The notes under the pieces were generated by a model. It saw nothing but the letters and a program-made list of their open reading frames with translations. It ran no database searches and was not told the DNA's origin. From assembly GCF_000621645.1 (NCBI RefSeq), contig NZ_JHXR01000014.1:30001-62000 (forward strand): DNA of 32,000 nucleotides, read 5' to 3'. The translations under genes were made by a program, and so were the position numbers. The first letter of the stretch is position 1. Each line of letters starts with the position of its first letter. The stretch comes from Vibrio cholerae ATCC 14035 (GTDB taxonomy: Bacteria > Pseudomonadota > Gammaproteobacteria > Enterobacterales > Vibrionaceae). Positions 8,821 through 18,329 of the stretch are shown one piece after another.

Positions 8821-9255
8821 TTATTTAGTCAGCGCTTGGTTTAACCATTGGTCAAATTGAGATTTTGGCAGTGCACCATTGATCATGTCGATGCGTTGGC
8901 CATTTTTGAACACCATAATGGTGGGAATACTGCGAATTTGAAAATGTGCAGCAAGGTTTTGCTGCGCTTCGGTATCAATTTTCACGCAGCGGATCTGGCC
9001 TTTTCGCTCGGCGGCAACATCACTAAAAATCGGTGCGAAGCCGACACAAGGGTTACACCATGGTGCCCAAAAATCGACGACGACAGGTTTGTCGCTTTGC
9101 AGCAGCGCGGAAAAATTGGCTTCGGTACCTTCAATTGGTGCGCCATCGAGTAGTGCACTTTGGCATTTGCCACAATTTGGGCTTTCGGTAATCCGCTCTT
9201 CTGGCACACGGTTAAGGCTGTGGCAAGATGGGCAGCGGGTATTGAATGTTGACAT
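8821..9255 (-). CDS. trxC: Thioredoxin 2 (TrxC-type, N-terminal zinc finger), with a CNPC active site
   Basis: 144 aa. The N-terminal CPSC...CGKC zinc-finger extension is typical of Trx2. The thioredoxin fold carries [10 protein letters not shown] (tgt aac cct tgt = complement of 9046-9057). A strong SD GAGGAA precedes the ATG at 9255. Confidence 0.9.
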   Translation of the reverse strand: MSTFNTRCPSCHSLNRVPEERITESPNCGKCQSALLDGAPIEGTEANFSALLQSDKPVVVDFWAPWCNPCVGFAPIFSDVAAERKGQIRCVKIDTEAQQNLAAHFQIRSIPTIMVFKNGQRIDMINGALPKSQFDQWLNQALTK

Positions 9256-9423
9256 GACTTCCTCTCTTTATTTTGCGCTTTCGTTACCAGTTTAAGCTCA
9301 ATGGTTAACCATGGTTCGAAAATCGGCGTATACTTCTGCCCATTGCCGACAATGGCGACGGGCGTTGCTCAATATCTTGGGGCGCTCCGCCAAATTACAA
9401 TAAGCAGCATAGACGGAATTTTT

Positions 9424-10512
9424 ATGACTCAATGTTATGCCGAAATCACCGGGTGGGGTAAATGTCTGCCACCTGCGACGCTCTCCAATCACGATTTGAG
9501 CACCTTTCTTGATACTTCCGATGAGTGGATTCAATCACGTACTGGGATTGAACAGCGTCGGATCAGCCACGTGAATACTTCCGATCTCGCCACCGTTGCC
9601 GCTCAGCATGCTATTGCCTGTGCGGGCGTAAGCGTTGAAGAGATAGACCTGATTATTGTGGCAACCTGTTCACCGGATTCGTTAATTCCCAATATTGCTT
9701 CAAAAGTGCAGCAAAATTTAGGCATTCCTTCTGCTGCCGCCTTTGATCTCAACGCCGCCTGTACTGGTTTCCTCTATGGTTTAGAAACCGCGACACGCTT
9801 GATGCAAGCGAGCCATTATCGCCATGCTTTGGTGATTGGTGCTGAGCGCCTCTCTTTCTATCTGGACTGGACGAAGCGAGACACCGCCGTGCTGTTTGGA
9901 GATGGCGCAGGTGCTGTGGTATTGAGCAAGACCGAACAAAAAGTGGGCTTGCAAGATGCGCAAATTGGCTGTGATGCCCAAGGACGAGATATTTTAGCGG
10001 TACCTAAGTTTGGAACCGCGATGGATCGTTTTGATGCAGACAATGGTTACTGGGCATTTGATTTCGTGGGTAAAGAGATCTTTAAACGCGCGGTGCGTGG
10101 CATGGGTGCTGCGGCGCAGCAAGTGTTGGCGCGTAGCGGCTTATCGACAGAAGAAATCGATGTGGTGATCCCGCATCAAGCCAATATCCGCATTATTCAA
10201 ACCCTGTGTGATTTGGCGGGCATCGCGCAAGACAAAGCCTTTGTGAATATTCATCGCTACGGTAATACCTCCGCGGCTACGGTGCCGATTGCCCTATGCG
10301 AAGCGTTAGAGCAAGGCAAAATCAAACCTCATGATGATCTGTTGGTCGCCGCTTTTGGCGCAGGGCTAACGTGGGGAGCGGGTCATATTCGCTGGGGTGA
10401 GCGGGTAACGCCTCTGGGTAAAAGTGATGCGCAATTGCCTTCTTGTGATCACACTGCGTTAGATCTGTTGAGCAAGGCGATCGAACACTGCAAGCGTCAT
10501 CAATCAGAATGA
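9424..10512 (+). CDS. fabH: 3-oxoacyl-ACP synthase III paralog (FabH-like)
   Basis: The ORF spans 9301..10512. Met at 9424 ([16 protein letters not shown]) aligns with FabH N-termini. Catalytic-triad contexts are AACTGF (Cys), PHQANIRI (His) and GNTSAAT (Asn). An extra C-terminal tail of about 40 aa follows [13 protein letters not shown]. Confidence 0.88.
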   Translation: MTQCYAEITGWGKCLPPATLSNHDLSTFLDTSDEWIQSRTGIEQRRISHVNTSDLATVAAQHAIACAGVSVEEIDLIIVATCSPDSLIPNIASKVQQNLGIPSAAAFDLNAACTGFLYGLETATRLMQASHYRHALVIGAERLSFYLDWTKRDTAVLFGDGAGAVVLSKTEQKVGLQDAQIGCDAQGRDILAVPKFGTAMDRFDADNGYWAFDFVGKEIFKRAVRGMGAAAQQVLARSGLSTEEIDVVIPHQANIRIIQTLCDLAGIAQDKAFVNIHRYGNTSAATVPIALCEALEQGKIKPHDDLLVAAFGAGLTWGAGHIRWGERVTPLGKSDAQLPSCDHTALDLLSKAIEHCKRHQSE

Positions 10513-10533
10513 TTTTCTGAATGTTGGAATAAG

Positions 10534-10560
10534 AATAGGGCAAGTTTTACTTGCCCTATT
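10534..10560. terminator. Hairpin between convergent fabH-like and glpC genes (probable bidirectional terminator)
   Basis: An 11-bp perfect stem, AATAGGGCAAG (10534-10544) pairing with CTTGCCCTATT (10550-10560), has loop TTTTA. T-rich sequence follows on both strands, but neither strand has a long U run. Confidence 0.5.
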
Positions 10561-10653
10561 TACTGTCCTCCCTAAACCACGGCTTTCAGCAGTGGTGATT
10601 GTTTAATATTTCCGTCCAGCTTTTGGCTTCAAGTAGGAAGTGGCTATTCACGC

Positions 10654-11895
10654 TCAAGCACGAGGCTCATCGATTAGCGCCATCGCCAGTAAACTCACCG
10701 GATGAATGGTTTCCAAATGCGCGTTTTCTTCGATTTGCCACTTACAGGTTTCGCAATCGGTCACCGCATAATCGGCATCAGAGGTTTGAATCGCATCAAA
10801 CAGATGCGAACCAATTTTCTTCGATACCTCGTAGTTCTCTTCTTTAAAACCATAGGTTCCGGCTAGGCCACAACACTCACTGTCGAGCACCACCAGCTCT
10901 AAGCCGGGGATCATTTTCAGCAGCTCAATCGTAAACATCACATTACCACTGCGCTCTAAATGGCAAGGGGTGTGATACACCACTTTTTTGTGCACGGGTT
11001 TCATTTTCGGCGCGTTACCGCTCATAAACTCTTTGAGCAGAAAACGCGTGACGTAATGGATTTGATCCACCACTTGGCTGTTATCTACGCCTAGCACATG
11101 CGGGTATTCTTGCTGCAAGGTAAACGAGCAGGTGGAAGAGGTGGAAAGCACCGGCGCATGGTAATCATTGACCATAGCCGTAAGGTGTTTGACGTTGTGC
11201 AGCGCGTTTTTACGCGCTTTGTTGTGAAAACCATTTGCGATCAGGGGCACACCGCAACATTTTTCGCTATCAAGCAAACGCACGCCTATGTTCATCGCGT
11301 TCATCACTCGCACAAAGTCTTTACCCAGTTGCGGGTGGTTATAGTTCACGTAGCAACCATGGAAATAAGCCACTTGTCTTTGGTAGAGCGGCTGGCTGGT
11401 GCAGTTTTGTTTAAACCAGCGGCGGAACGTGCCGTGCGAATATTTGGGCAAGGTTTTATGGTCATGCACGCCAATGGTTTTGTGCATCAGCTTTTTCACC
11501 AATGGCAACGAGGTTGCGGCGTTGACGAGTGGCGCAAACGGTGTGGCGATCGAGCCAAATAAGTCGGTGTGGCTGAGTACAAAATCACGCACCAACTTAG
11601 GGTTAAGTGGTTTTTTGCCGTATTTGCCACGCGCCACGGCGATCATATCGCCAATTTTGACGCCTGAAGGGCAGGCGGTTTCACAGCGTTTGCAGTTGGT
11701 ACACAGCTTGAGCGCGTCATCATAGTATTCAGCACTTTTGATCCGTAAACGCTCACCATCTGGGCCACACTGTTTGGGGCCGGGATAGTTTGGGTTGGCT
11801 TTGGCAACGGGGCAATACACAGTGCACACCGTGCATTTGATGCATTGATCAAAGGTGGTATTTTGCGGTGCAGAGTGAATAAAGGCATGGTTCAT
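10654..11895 (-). CDS. glpC: Anaerobic glycerol-3-phosphate dehydrogenase subunit C
   Basis: 413 aa. It has two ferredoxin-type clusters (CIKCTVCTVYCP, CTNCKRCETACP) plus CCG cysteine-rich repeats (EKCCGVP, SECCGLAG). The start overlaps the glpB stop (ATGA at 11892-11895). Confidence 0.93.
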   Translation of the reverse strand: MNHAFIHSAPQNTTFDQCIKCTVCTVYCPVAKANPNYPGPKQCGPDGERLRIKSAEYYDDALKLCTNCKRCETACPSGVKIGDMIAVARGKYGKKPLNPKLVRDFVLSHTDLFGSIATPFAPLVNAATSLPLVKKLMHKTIGVHDHKTLPKYSHGTFRRWFKQNCTSQPLYQRQVAYFHGCYVNYNHPQLGKDFVRVMNAMNIGVRLLDSEKCCGVPLIANGFHNKARKNALHNVKHLTAMVNDYHAPVLSTSSTCSFTLQQEYPHVLGVDNSQVVDQIHYVTRFLLKEFMSGNAPKMKPVHKKVVYHTPCHLERSGNVMFTIELLKMIPGLELVVLDSECCGLAGTYGFKEENYEVSKKIGSHLFDAIQTSDADYAVTDCETCKWQIEENAHLETIHPVSLLAMALIDEPRA

Positions 11896-13202
11896 AGCAG
11901 CACCTCCGGTTGTTTGGTTTGCGCATAAGTCGCAAGGATCTGTTCTACGGCATGATAAGCGGTCGCAATCGCTACGCCTCCGCCACAGCCTTCAAACACG
12001 GGGTCGTACCCACTGAGCATTGCGCCGCAACACCATAGATTGTCAATGGTTTTGCCTTGGCGTGACGGATGCAAATTGGCATCGGTAATGACGCCGAAAG
12101 TCATAAACGGGTGTGATTGTGCGGCGATAAATTGGGCATGTCGCCACTGAGCGCGGTCAGGGTTTTGCTGGACGTCCAGCGCAAAGGTCGGCTCTTGAAT
12201 CGCATGTTGTGAGGCTTGTAATCCTTGGCTGAAGTAACTGCCGGTCGCCATCACATAGTGCTCAGCACTGATTGGGAAATCGCGCAGATTTTGAGTATGA
12301 ATAGCGGTGAGGCGAGAGCCTGCAAAATCGCCACCAATCACTTTGTCTCCCTTGAGTTGCACGCCGCCACCTTGGATGAAACTACGATGCAGCGCTTCTT
12401 CAATGCGGATCCCGAGCAGTGATGGGGGCATGGTTGGCACTTCATGAAAGCGCAGTTGGGTTACCTGTTGGAGTTTGGTCATCAAATGCAAACCATCACC
12501 GTTGCCCATGATGGCAGGCATGATCACCAGGTCATCTGGACGCGCAACGCGCATCAGTTGGTCGCACAATGCATTCCACGCCGATTCTTGGCGCAGCAAA
12601 CGCGCAATATCAATCGAGCGCAGCTCGTTAGGATTACGTCTGAACCCTTCAAAGCCGGGGATAGAAACATTCACCGTGAGCATCGGCGTGTTAGCAAGCT
12701 CAGGGCGCTGAGCGAGGTTATCACGCAGCATCGCAGGTTGAAAATCGCGATAGCCGTCAATCGCAACAATCACGATGCGTGAAAAGTCGGCATTGCCGCG
12801 ATAAGGGTAAACAAAAGGCTGCGACAGCCAAGTATTTTTTAGAGTACCAAGTGGGGTAATGCGCCAGTGGTTGGCCCCATCGGGTTCGTGATGCAAAGGG
12901 ACGTGTGCACTGTCTAAAGTACGTTTGAACCACATCAAACCTTTTTCGCTGTTTTTGCGTCCGACTTTGCTGTAAGGGTGCTCTGGTACTTGCTGTTGTA
13001 AAGCTGAAAGTGCGTCAAACGGCTGATTCACTACGCTGCCATCCGGCAAACGGCCAAGCACATCAATCGAGCCGGAAGAAAAATGCAGCGCACTTTGCCC
13101 TTGGTTGATTAACACCACTTTTTTTCCGGCTTGCAGTGCGCGCAGGGCGGCGCTGTATCCGGCAATTCCGCCACCGATGACGGCCACATCATAATGCATC
13201 AT
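11892..13202 (-). CDS. glpB: Anaerobic glycerol-3-phosphate dehydrogenase subunit B
   Basis: 436 aa. The N-terminal FAD dinucleotide fold is DVAVIGGGIAGYSAAL. It holds the middle position of a glpABC operon, with 4-nt overlaps at both junctions. Confidence 0.93.
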   Translation of the reverse strand: MMHYDVAVIGGGIAGYSAALRALQAGKKVVLINQGQSALHFSSGSIDVLGRLPDGSVVNQPFDALSALQQQVPEHPYSKVGRKNSEKGLMWFKRTLDSAHVPLHHEPDGANHWRITPLGTLKNTWLSQPFVYPYRGNADFSRIVIVAIDGYRDFQPAMLRDNLAQRPELANTPMLTVNVSIPGFEGFRRNPNELRSIDIARLLRQESAWNALCDQLMRVARPDDLVIMPAIMGNGDGLHLMTKLQQVTQLRFHEVPTMPPSLLGIRIEEALHRSFIQGGGVQLKGDKVIGGDFAGSRLTAIHTQNLRDFPISAEHYVMATGSYFSQGLQASQHAIQEPTFALDVQQNPDRAQWRHAQFIAAQSHPFMTFGVITDANLHPSRQGKTIDNLWCCGAMLSGYDPVFEGCGGGVAIATAYHAVEQILATYAQTKQPEVLL

Positions 13203-14842
13203 TGTTGTTTCTCCGTGGCTGAGTCGAAGGAAGGTAAATCGCTTGCACCGAGCAAGCCTTCGTAAATCCAGTAGCTAAATTCTGCTTCGCGTAGCGCATC
13301 GCCCCAGAAAATCGGTTTGATGCCTTTCCAGCGCTCTTCCAGAAAATCGACCAACAAATGGCTCGATTGGCAACCCGAAACTTGCCCGTATTCACTAAAC
13401 AGACTGGCTGCGCGATAGCTGCACAGCTCACCCTGACAAGGCCCCATACCCAAACGAGTACGGCGTCGTAGGTCGACCAAATTATTCACATCCAACTGCT
13501 TGATGGCGTATTCGATTTCACCGGCGGTGACCATTTCGCACTCGCAGATCACCGCTTGGCTTTTTGCATCGTCGGCTAAAAAGCTCGCGGCACGTTCACC
13601 GTGACGATAAATGGCAGATTCATAAACCGGTTTGGCAATACTGGCGGTTTTTTTGAGCGTTTTTGGCGCTTCTTGAGAGCCCGGTAAAGGGCGCAGATGC
13701 GTTTGGCAGCTTTGAGTATTGCCAAGCTTCTTGGCGACCAGATCGGTGGCCCACTCGGCCATCAAACGGTAAGTCATCAGTTTGCCACCGGTAATGGTGG
13801 TGAAGCCTTTCAAGCCGTCACGCTGCTCGTGATCCAGCAAAACAATGCCACGACTGATATTACGGCCACTGCCATCATCATCCACTGCGACCAGTGGGCG
13901 AACGCCCGCATAAGCGCGCAATACGCGAGTGTTGGCCATAATGGGGGCAAGTTTGGCGCCCTCGGCGAGCAAAATATCCACTTCTCGTTCAGTGACATGC
14001 AGATTATCGATCTGGTCATAATCAATGTGCTCGGAAGTGGTGCCAATCAGCGAAATGGTATCGCCGGGAACCAAAATGTCCGCATCCGATGGCTTACGGC
14101 AGCGGTTGATCACCAGATTATTAATGCGGTAATCCAAGATCAGCAGCGAGCCTTTGGCGGGGAACATCTTGATGTTGAGATCCGCATATTCGCAGATGTT
14201 TTGTCCCCAAATGCCTGCTGCATTAATCACTTGTTGAGCGAAAATATCAAACTTAGCGCCACTGCCTAAATGCTGGCAACGCACGCCAAGCACGGTATCT
14301 CCCTCACGGATCAACTGGGTCACAATAGTGCGGTTAAACATTCGCGCGCCATGTTCTTTGGCATCCAGCACATTGGCCGCACACAGGCGAAAAGGGTCGA
14401 GCGTACCGTCAGGCACTTTCACCGCGCCAATCAAAGCAGGGTTGACATTCGGCTCAAGTAACAAGGCTTCTTTAGGTGTTAAGCGCTGCGTTTCAATCCC
14501 TGCATCACTACAGGCGTGAATAAACGACTCCTGAAAGCCTAAATCATCTTCTGGCAGAGTGATAAACAAACCATCGGTGGCTTCAACGCAGTGGCGCGCG
14601 ATGGATTTCAGAATTTTGTTCTCTTGGATACACTCGCGTGCCGACTCAGAGTCAGTGACCGCGTAACGAGCGCCGGAGTGCAGCAAACCATGATTGCGAC
14701 CTGTGGTGCCCGCGGCAATGTCATCTTTTTCAACCAGAATACAGCGCAATCCGCGCAATGCGCAGTCGCGCAAGATTCCGGTTCCTGTTGCGCCGCCGCC
14801 AATGATGACCACGTCGGTTTCCATTCTTTGATAAGCCGTCAT
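13199..14842 (-). CDS. glpA: Anaerobic glycerol-3-phosphate dehydrogenase subunit A
   Basis: The ORF spans 13199..14860. It is colinear with E. coli GlpA from memory (DVIIIGGGATG..RDCALRGL, GRNHGLLHSGARYAV, RCRKPSDADILVPGDTISLIGTT, CECE.VTAGE). Candidate starts are 14860, 14842 (preceded by AAGGTTGAG; preferred) and 14824. Confidence 0.92.
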   Translation of the reverse strand: MTAYQRMETDVVIIGGGATGTGILRDCALRGLRCILVEKDDIAAGTTGRNHGLLHSGARYAVTDSESARECIQENKILKSIARHCVEATDGLFITLPEDDLGFQESFIHACSDAGIETQRLTPKEALLLEPNVNPALIGAVKVPDGTLDPFRLCAANVLDAKEHGARMFNRTIVTQLIREGDTVLGVRCQHLGSGAKFDIFAQQVINAAGIWGQNICEYADLNIKMFPAKGSLLILDYRINNLVINRCRKPSDADILVPGDTISLIGTTSEHIDYDQIDNLHVTEREVDILLAEGAKLAPIMANTRVLRAYAGVRPLVAVDDDGSGRNISRGIVLLDHEQRDGLKGFTTITGGKLMTYRLMAEWATDLVAKKLGNTQSCQTHLRPLPGSQEAPKTLKKTASIAKPVYESAIYRHGERAASFLADDAKSQAVICECEMVTAGEIEYAIKQLDVNNLVDLRRRTRLGMGPCQGELCSYRAASLFSEYGQVSGCQSSHLLVDFLEERWKGIKPIFWGDALREAEFSYWIYEGLLGASDLPSFDSATEKQQ

Positions 14843-14899
14843 GAGCTCAACCTTATGCAATCAAAACACATACGGTTAGTGTGCCATTATTTTCATTTC

Positions 14900-15063
14900 A
14901 TGTTCGTTGTTTTGCTCACAAAAGCGCGAACGAGCATTAAGTGGCAGGTGGAAGTGAATGAAATCTTTCAGTGGTGTAATTTTATGCGATTCACTTATTG
15001 ATGATTAACACTGTTTGTAACATATATGACACATTTAATGTTCGTTTGAGTGAATATGTTCGT
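14900..15063 (+). promoter_or_regulatory. Repeated ATGTTCGT boxes in the glpA/glpF divergent control region (candidate GlpR operator half-sites)
   Basis: Exact ATGTTCGT occurs at 14900-14907, 15038-15045 and 15056-15063, all in the same orientation. Related inverted CGAAC-containing elements lie at 14927-14937 (CGAACGAGCAT) and 15242-15248 (CGAACAC). The TGTTCG core resembles the half-site I recall for E. coli GlpR operators. Confidence 0.45.
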
Positions 15064-15496
15064 GACTTAATAAGGGAATATCTGTCGATTTTTCAGCGCG
15101 ATCGTGCGTTAAATCTGGCTTGTACTCATGATTTAGTGATTGCTAAACCAAAAGATTAGCCATTTTCAGACACTGGAGAAGAGAGAGAAAAAAGATGCGT
15201 TGTTTAACAAAAAACGAATTTGTTAATAACAAAATTGTGCTCGAACACTCATTAATTGCGGTCGTTTGTTTTCGAGGTGATATTTTTGTGCCAGATTCAC
15301 CGCGAACAGTGAGATTGTTCATCCAATAACGGCTATTTCATGATGCGATTAGAGCCGACGGGTGTAGGCGGCGACTACAATATAAACCGAAAAATAGTGA
15401 GACTGCAGATATTTATGCTGACTTTCTAAGTATAACGGGTGTGGATGGCTGTTCGATACGGCTCTGGTAGCAAGATAACAAAAAGGACTCTGAACT

Positions 15497-16351
15497 ATGA
15501 ACCAAACAAAGCAACATACTCTGCTCGGGCAGTGTATCGCCGAGTTTATCGGTACAGGATTACTGATTTTCTTCGGCGTCGGCTGCGTGGCCGCACTCGT
15601 TTTAGCAGGTGCTCAATTCGGACAGTGGGAAATCAGCATTGTCTGGGGTTTTGGCGTATCGATTGCCATTTATTGTACGGCTGGGGTTTCTGGCGCGCAC
15701 ATTAACCCTGCCGTCACTATCGCTCTGGCCGCTTTCCACGGTTTTGATAAAGCGAAAGTATTACCTTACATCATTTCGCAAGTGGCTGGTGCGTTTTGTG
15801 CGGCGGCACTGGTCTACAGCTTGTACAGCAACCTTTTTACCGACTACGAAATCGCCCACAATTTTGTACGTAGCAGCCAAGAAGCCTTAGCGACTGCGGG
15901 GATCTTCTCAACTTATCCGCATGCTTCTCTCTCTTTTATGGGAGCCATGGCCGTTGAGTTCACCATTACAGCGGTACTGATGTTCGCGATTTTGGCGTTG
16001 GGTGATGAAAACAATGGCGCGCATCGCAATGCGATGAACCCCTTGCTAATTGGTATTTTGATTGCGGTGATTGGTGGCTCATTAGGCCCATTGACGGGAT
16101 TTGCCATGAACCCTGCGCGTGATTTCGGTCCTAAACTGTTTGCCTACTTCGCGGGATGGGATTATGCCCTAACTGGCGCAAAAGAGATCCCTTACTTCAT
16201 CGTACCGATTGTGGCTCCGATTCTGGGCGCATGTTTTGGCGCGTGGGCATATCCAAAGTTTATCGCGGCTTATCTGCCAAAAACGGGTACGGGTTGCACT
16301 ATTCCGAACCAATGTGACACGGCAGAAGAGAGTGAAGAAGCGCGCGCATAG
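15497..16351 (+). CDS. glpF: Glycerol uptake facilitator (aquaglyceroporin)
   Basis: 284 aa with 6 TM segments. Both MIP-family NPA boxes are present (SGAHINPAVT and GFAMNPARD). Confidence 0.93.
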   Translation: MNQTKQHTLLGQCIAEFIGTGLLIFFGVGCVAALVLAGAQFGQWEISIVWGFGVSIAIYCTAGVSGAHINPAVTIALAAFHGFDKAKVLPYIISQVAGAFCAAALVYSLYSNLFTDYEIAHNFVRSSQEALATAGIFSTYPHASLSFMGAMAVEFTITAVLMFAILALGDENNGAHRNAMNPLLIGILIAVIGGSLGPLTGFAMNPARDFGPKLFAYFAGWDYALTGAKEIPYFIVPIVAPILGACFGAWAYPKFIAAYLPKTGTGCTIPNQCDTAEESEEARA

Positions 16352-16393
16352 CGGGTATAAACTTAAAAAAGTATATTCAATAACAATAGAGAC

Positions 16394-16448
16394 TACCCCA
16401 GCACTTCGGTGTGATCGCCATGCGGCTTAAGTTCGCCATGCTGGGGTA
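16394..16448 (+). other. Long-range hairpin in the glpF-glpK spacer
   Basis: TACCCCAGCA (16394-16403) pairs with TGCTGGGGTA (16439-16448) around a 35-nt interior that contains a direct repeat TCGCCATGC x2. No U tract follows, and the element lies 32 nt before the glpK ATG. Confidence 0.4.
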
Positions 16449-16480
16449 AAGCAAGAACGTGAAACCATAAGGAATAGAAC

Positions 16481-17998
16481 ATGACTGAGCAAAAATACGT
16501 CGTCGCTCTCGATCAAGGTACTACCAGCTCTCGCGCCGTGGTGTTAGACCATGATGCGAATATCGTGAGCGTTTCTCAGCGTGAGTTTACCCAAATCTAC
16601 CCGCAAGCCGGGTGGGTGGAGCACGATCCAATGGAAATCTACGCTACGCAAAGCTCAACATTGGTTGAAGCGCTAGGTAAAGCGGGCATTCGCAGTGATG
16701 AAGTTGCGGCTATCGGTATTACCAACCAACGTGAAACCACGGTAGTGTGGAATAAAGAGACGGGTAAGCCTGTCTACAACGCGATTGTTTGGCAATGTCG
16801 CCGTACTGCTACCATTTGTGAAGAGCTGAAAGCGCGCGGTTTAGAAAGTTACATTCGCGACAATACCGGTTTGGTGCTCGACCCTTACTTCTCAGGTACC
16901 AAAATTAAATGGATTCTGGACAATGTAGAAGGCGCACGCGAGCAAGCTGAAGCAGGACAACTGCTGTTTGGTACGGTTGATACGTGGCTAGTGTGGAAAA
17001 TGACTCAAGGCCGTGTGCATGTGACCGATTACACCAACGCATCCCGTACTATGCTGTTCAACATCAACACCTTGCAGTGGGATGAAAAGATCCTCGCCGA
17101 ATTTAATATCCCGCTCTCCATGATGCCGGAAGTGAAAAAATCGTCTGAAGTGTACGGTCAAACCAACATCGGTGGTAAAGGCGGTACGCGTATTCCAATC
17201 GCGGGGATTGCCGGTGACCAACAAGCGGCGCTGTACGGCCAAATGTGTGTGCAAGCGGGACAAGCGAAAAACACCTACGGTACGGGTTGCTTCTTGCTGA
17301 TGAACACAGGACAGGAAAAAGTGACCTCGCACAACGGCTTGCTGACCACGCTAGCGTGTGGCCCACGTGGTGAACCCGCTTATGCACTGGAAGGTGCGGT
17401 GTTTATGGGCGGTGCATCGATTCAATGGCTGCGTGATGAACTGAAACTGATTTCCGATGCTCGCGACTCAGAATACTTCGCCACCAAAGTGGATACTTCA
17501 AATGGTGTGTATGTGGTGCCAGCCTTTACGGGTTTAGGCGCTCCGTACTGGGATGCGTATGCGCGTGGCACAATTGTCGGCTTAACCCGTGGTGTGAATT
17601 CAAACCACATTATTCGCGCAACGCTGGAAAGTATCGCTTACCAAACGCGTGATGTGCTGGATGCGATGCAAGCGGATTCGGGCATCAAGCTTTCTGCACT
17701 GCGTGTCGATGGCGGTGCGGTCGCCAACAACTTCCTGATGCAGTTCCAAGCGGATGTATTGGATACTGAAGTGCATCGTCCGAAAGTCACGGAAGTCACC
17801 GCGTTAGGTGCCGCTTATCTAGCCGGTCTTGCTGTTGGTTTCTGGGATGGTTTGGAAGAGCTGCAAGGCAAAGCGGAAATCGATCGCAGCTTTAAACCGC
17901 ATCATGATGAAGAGAAGCGTCAACGCCGTTATAAAGGTTGGAAGCGTGCGGTGAAATGTGCCCAAGCGTGGGCAGTACTGCACAACGAAGAAGAGTAA
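16481..17998 (+). CDS. glpK: Glycerol kinase
   Basis: 505 aa of the FGGY kinase family. The N-terminus [21 protein letters not shown] and blocks such as [11 protein letters not shown] and GGAS.N..LMQFQAD are nearly identical to enterobacterial GlpK as I recall it. An SD AAGGAA precedes the ATG. Confidence 0.96.
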   Translation: MTEQKYVVALDQGTTSSRAVVLDHDANIVSVSQREFTQIYPQAGWVEHDPMEIYATQSSTLVEALGKAGIRSDEVAAIGITNQRETTVVWNKETGKPVYNAIVWQCRRTATICEELKARGLESYIRDNTGLVLDPYFSGTKIKWILDNVEGAREQAEAGQLLFGTVDTWLVWKMTQGRVHVTDYTNASRTMLFNINTLQWDEKILAEFNIPLSMMPEVKKSSEVYGQTNIGGKGGTRIPIAGIAGDQQAALYGQMCVQAGQAKNTYGTGCFLLMNTGQEKVTSHNGLLTTLACGPRGEPAYALEGAVFMGGASIQWLRDELKLISDARDSEYFATKVDTSNGVYVVPAFTGLGAPYWDAYARGTIVGLTRGVNSNHIIRATLESIAYQTRDVLDAMQADSGIKLSALRVDGGAVANNFLMQFQADVLDTEVHRPKVTEVTALGAAYLAGLAVGFWDGLEELQGKAEIDRSFKPHHDEEKRQRRYKGWKRAVKCAQAWAVLHNEEE

Positions 17999-18035
17999 TT
18001 TTTCTCTCACCATAAAATTTTTCTTTCTTCATAAC

Positions 18036-18068
18036 AATAATGCCCGGGTAAACCGGGCATTATTTTTT
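18036..18068 (+). terminator. Rho-independent terminator after glpK (may also serve the convergent small membrane gene)
   Basis: Stem AATAATGCCCGG pairs with CCGGGCATTATT (18036-18064) around loop GTAAA. A TTTTTT run follows at 18062-18067. Confidence 0.8.
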
Positions 18069-18077
18069 CAGGGAAAA

Positions 18078-18329
18078 CTAAGCCGCGCTCGAAGACGCGT
18101 CAGGCTTTTTTTCCTGTTGCATTTTCACCAAGAAGTAGACGTTGACGCAGGCAATAAAACCGTTAGTTACGACGACAGGCCAAGCATCAATCATCAAACC
18201 GTATGCAGTAAACAGTGCACAACCAATAAAATTCAGTACACGCAGTCTGACGATGTCTTTCATTGTCAATGATACCGCCACCATGATCGATGCCGCGTAT
18301 CCTAAAATTTCAACCATACTCATATCCAT
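18078..18329 (-). CDS. Small 3-TM inner-membrane protein (YgjV / SemiSWEET-like triple-helix-bundle pattern)
   Basis: 83 aa with three hydrophobic helices. The pattern LGYAAS...(TM1)...F.AYG....WP....N(TM2-3) resembles YgjV-repeat and SemiSWEET-type proteins, but the PQ motif is absent. The family call is tentative. Confidence 0.55.
   Translation of the reverse strand: MDMSMVEILGYAASIMVAVSLTMKDIVRLRVLNFIGCALFTAYGLMIDAWPVVVTNGFIACVNVYFLVKMQQEKKPDASSSAA

Noticed and set aside
13697-14269. Long antisense or shadow ORFs inside well-supported genes (e.g. 13697..14269+, 3347..3841-, 11098..11562+, 12444..12782+, 14591..15001+, 24046..24378-, 24227..24538-, 26651..26998+, 28608..28820-, 30432..30635-)
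   Set aside because: Each lies wholly or largely within, and opposite or out of frame to, a gene with strong homology or motif support. They have atypical composition (Arg/Cys/His-rich or low-complexity) and no SD.
15287-15301. CRP site (TGTGC-CAGAT-TCACC) upstream of glpF
   Set aside because: The half-sites look good, but the spacing between TGTG and TCAC is 6 nt instead of the 7 required by TGTGA-N6-TCACA. I found no better candidate by eye, so I did not annotate one.
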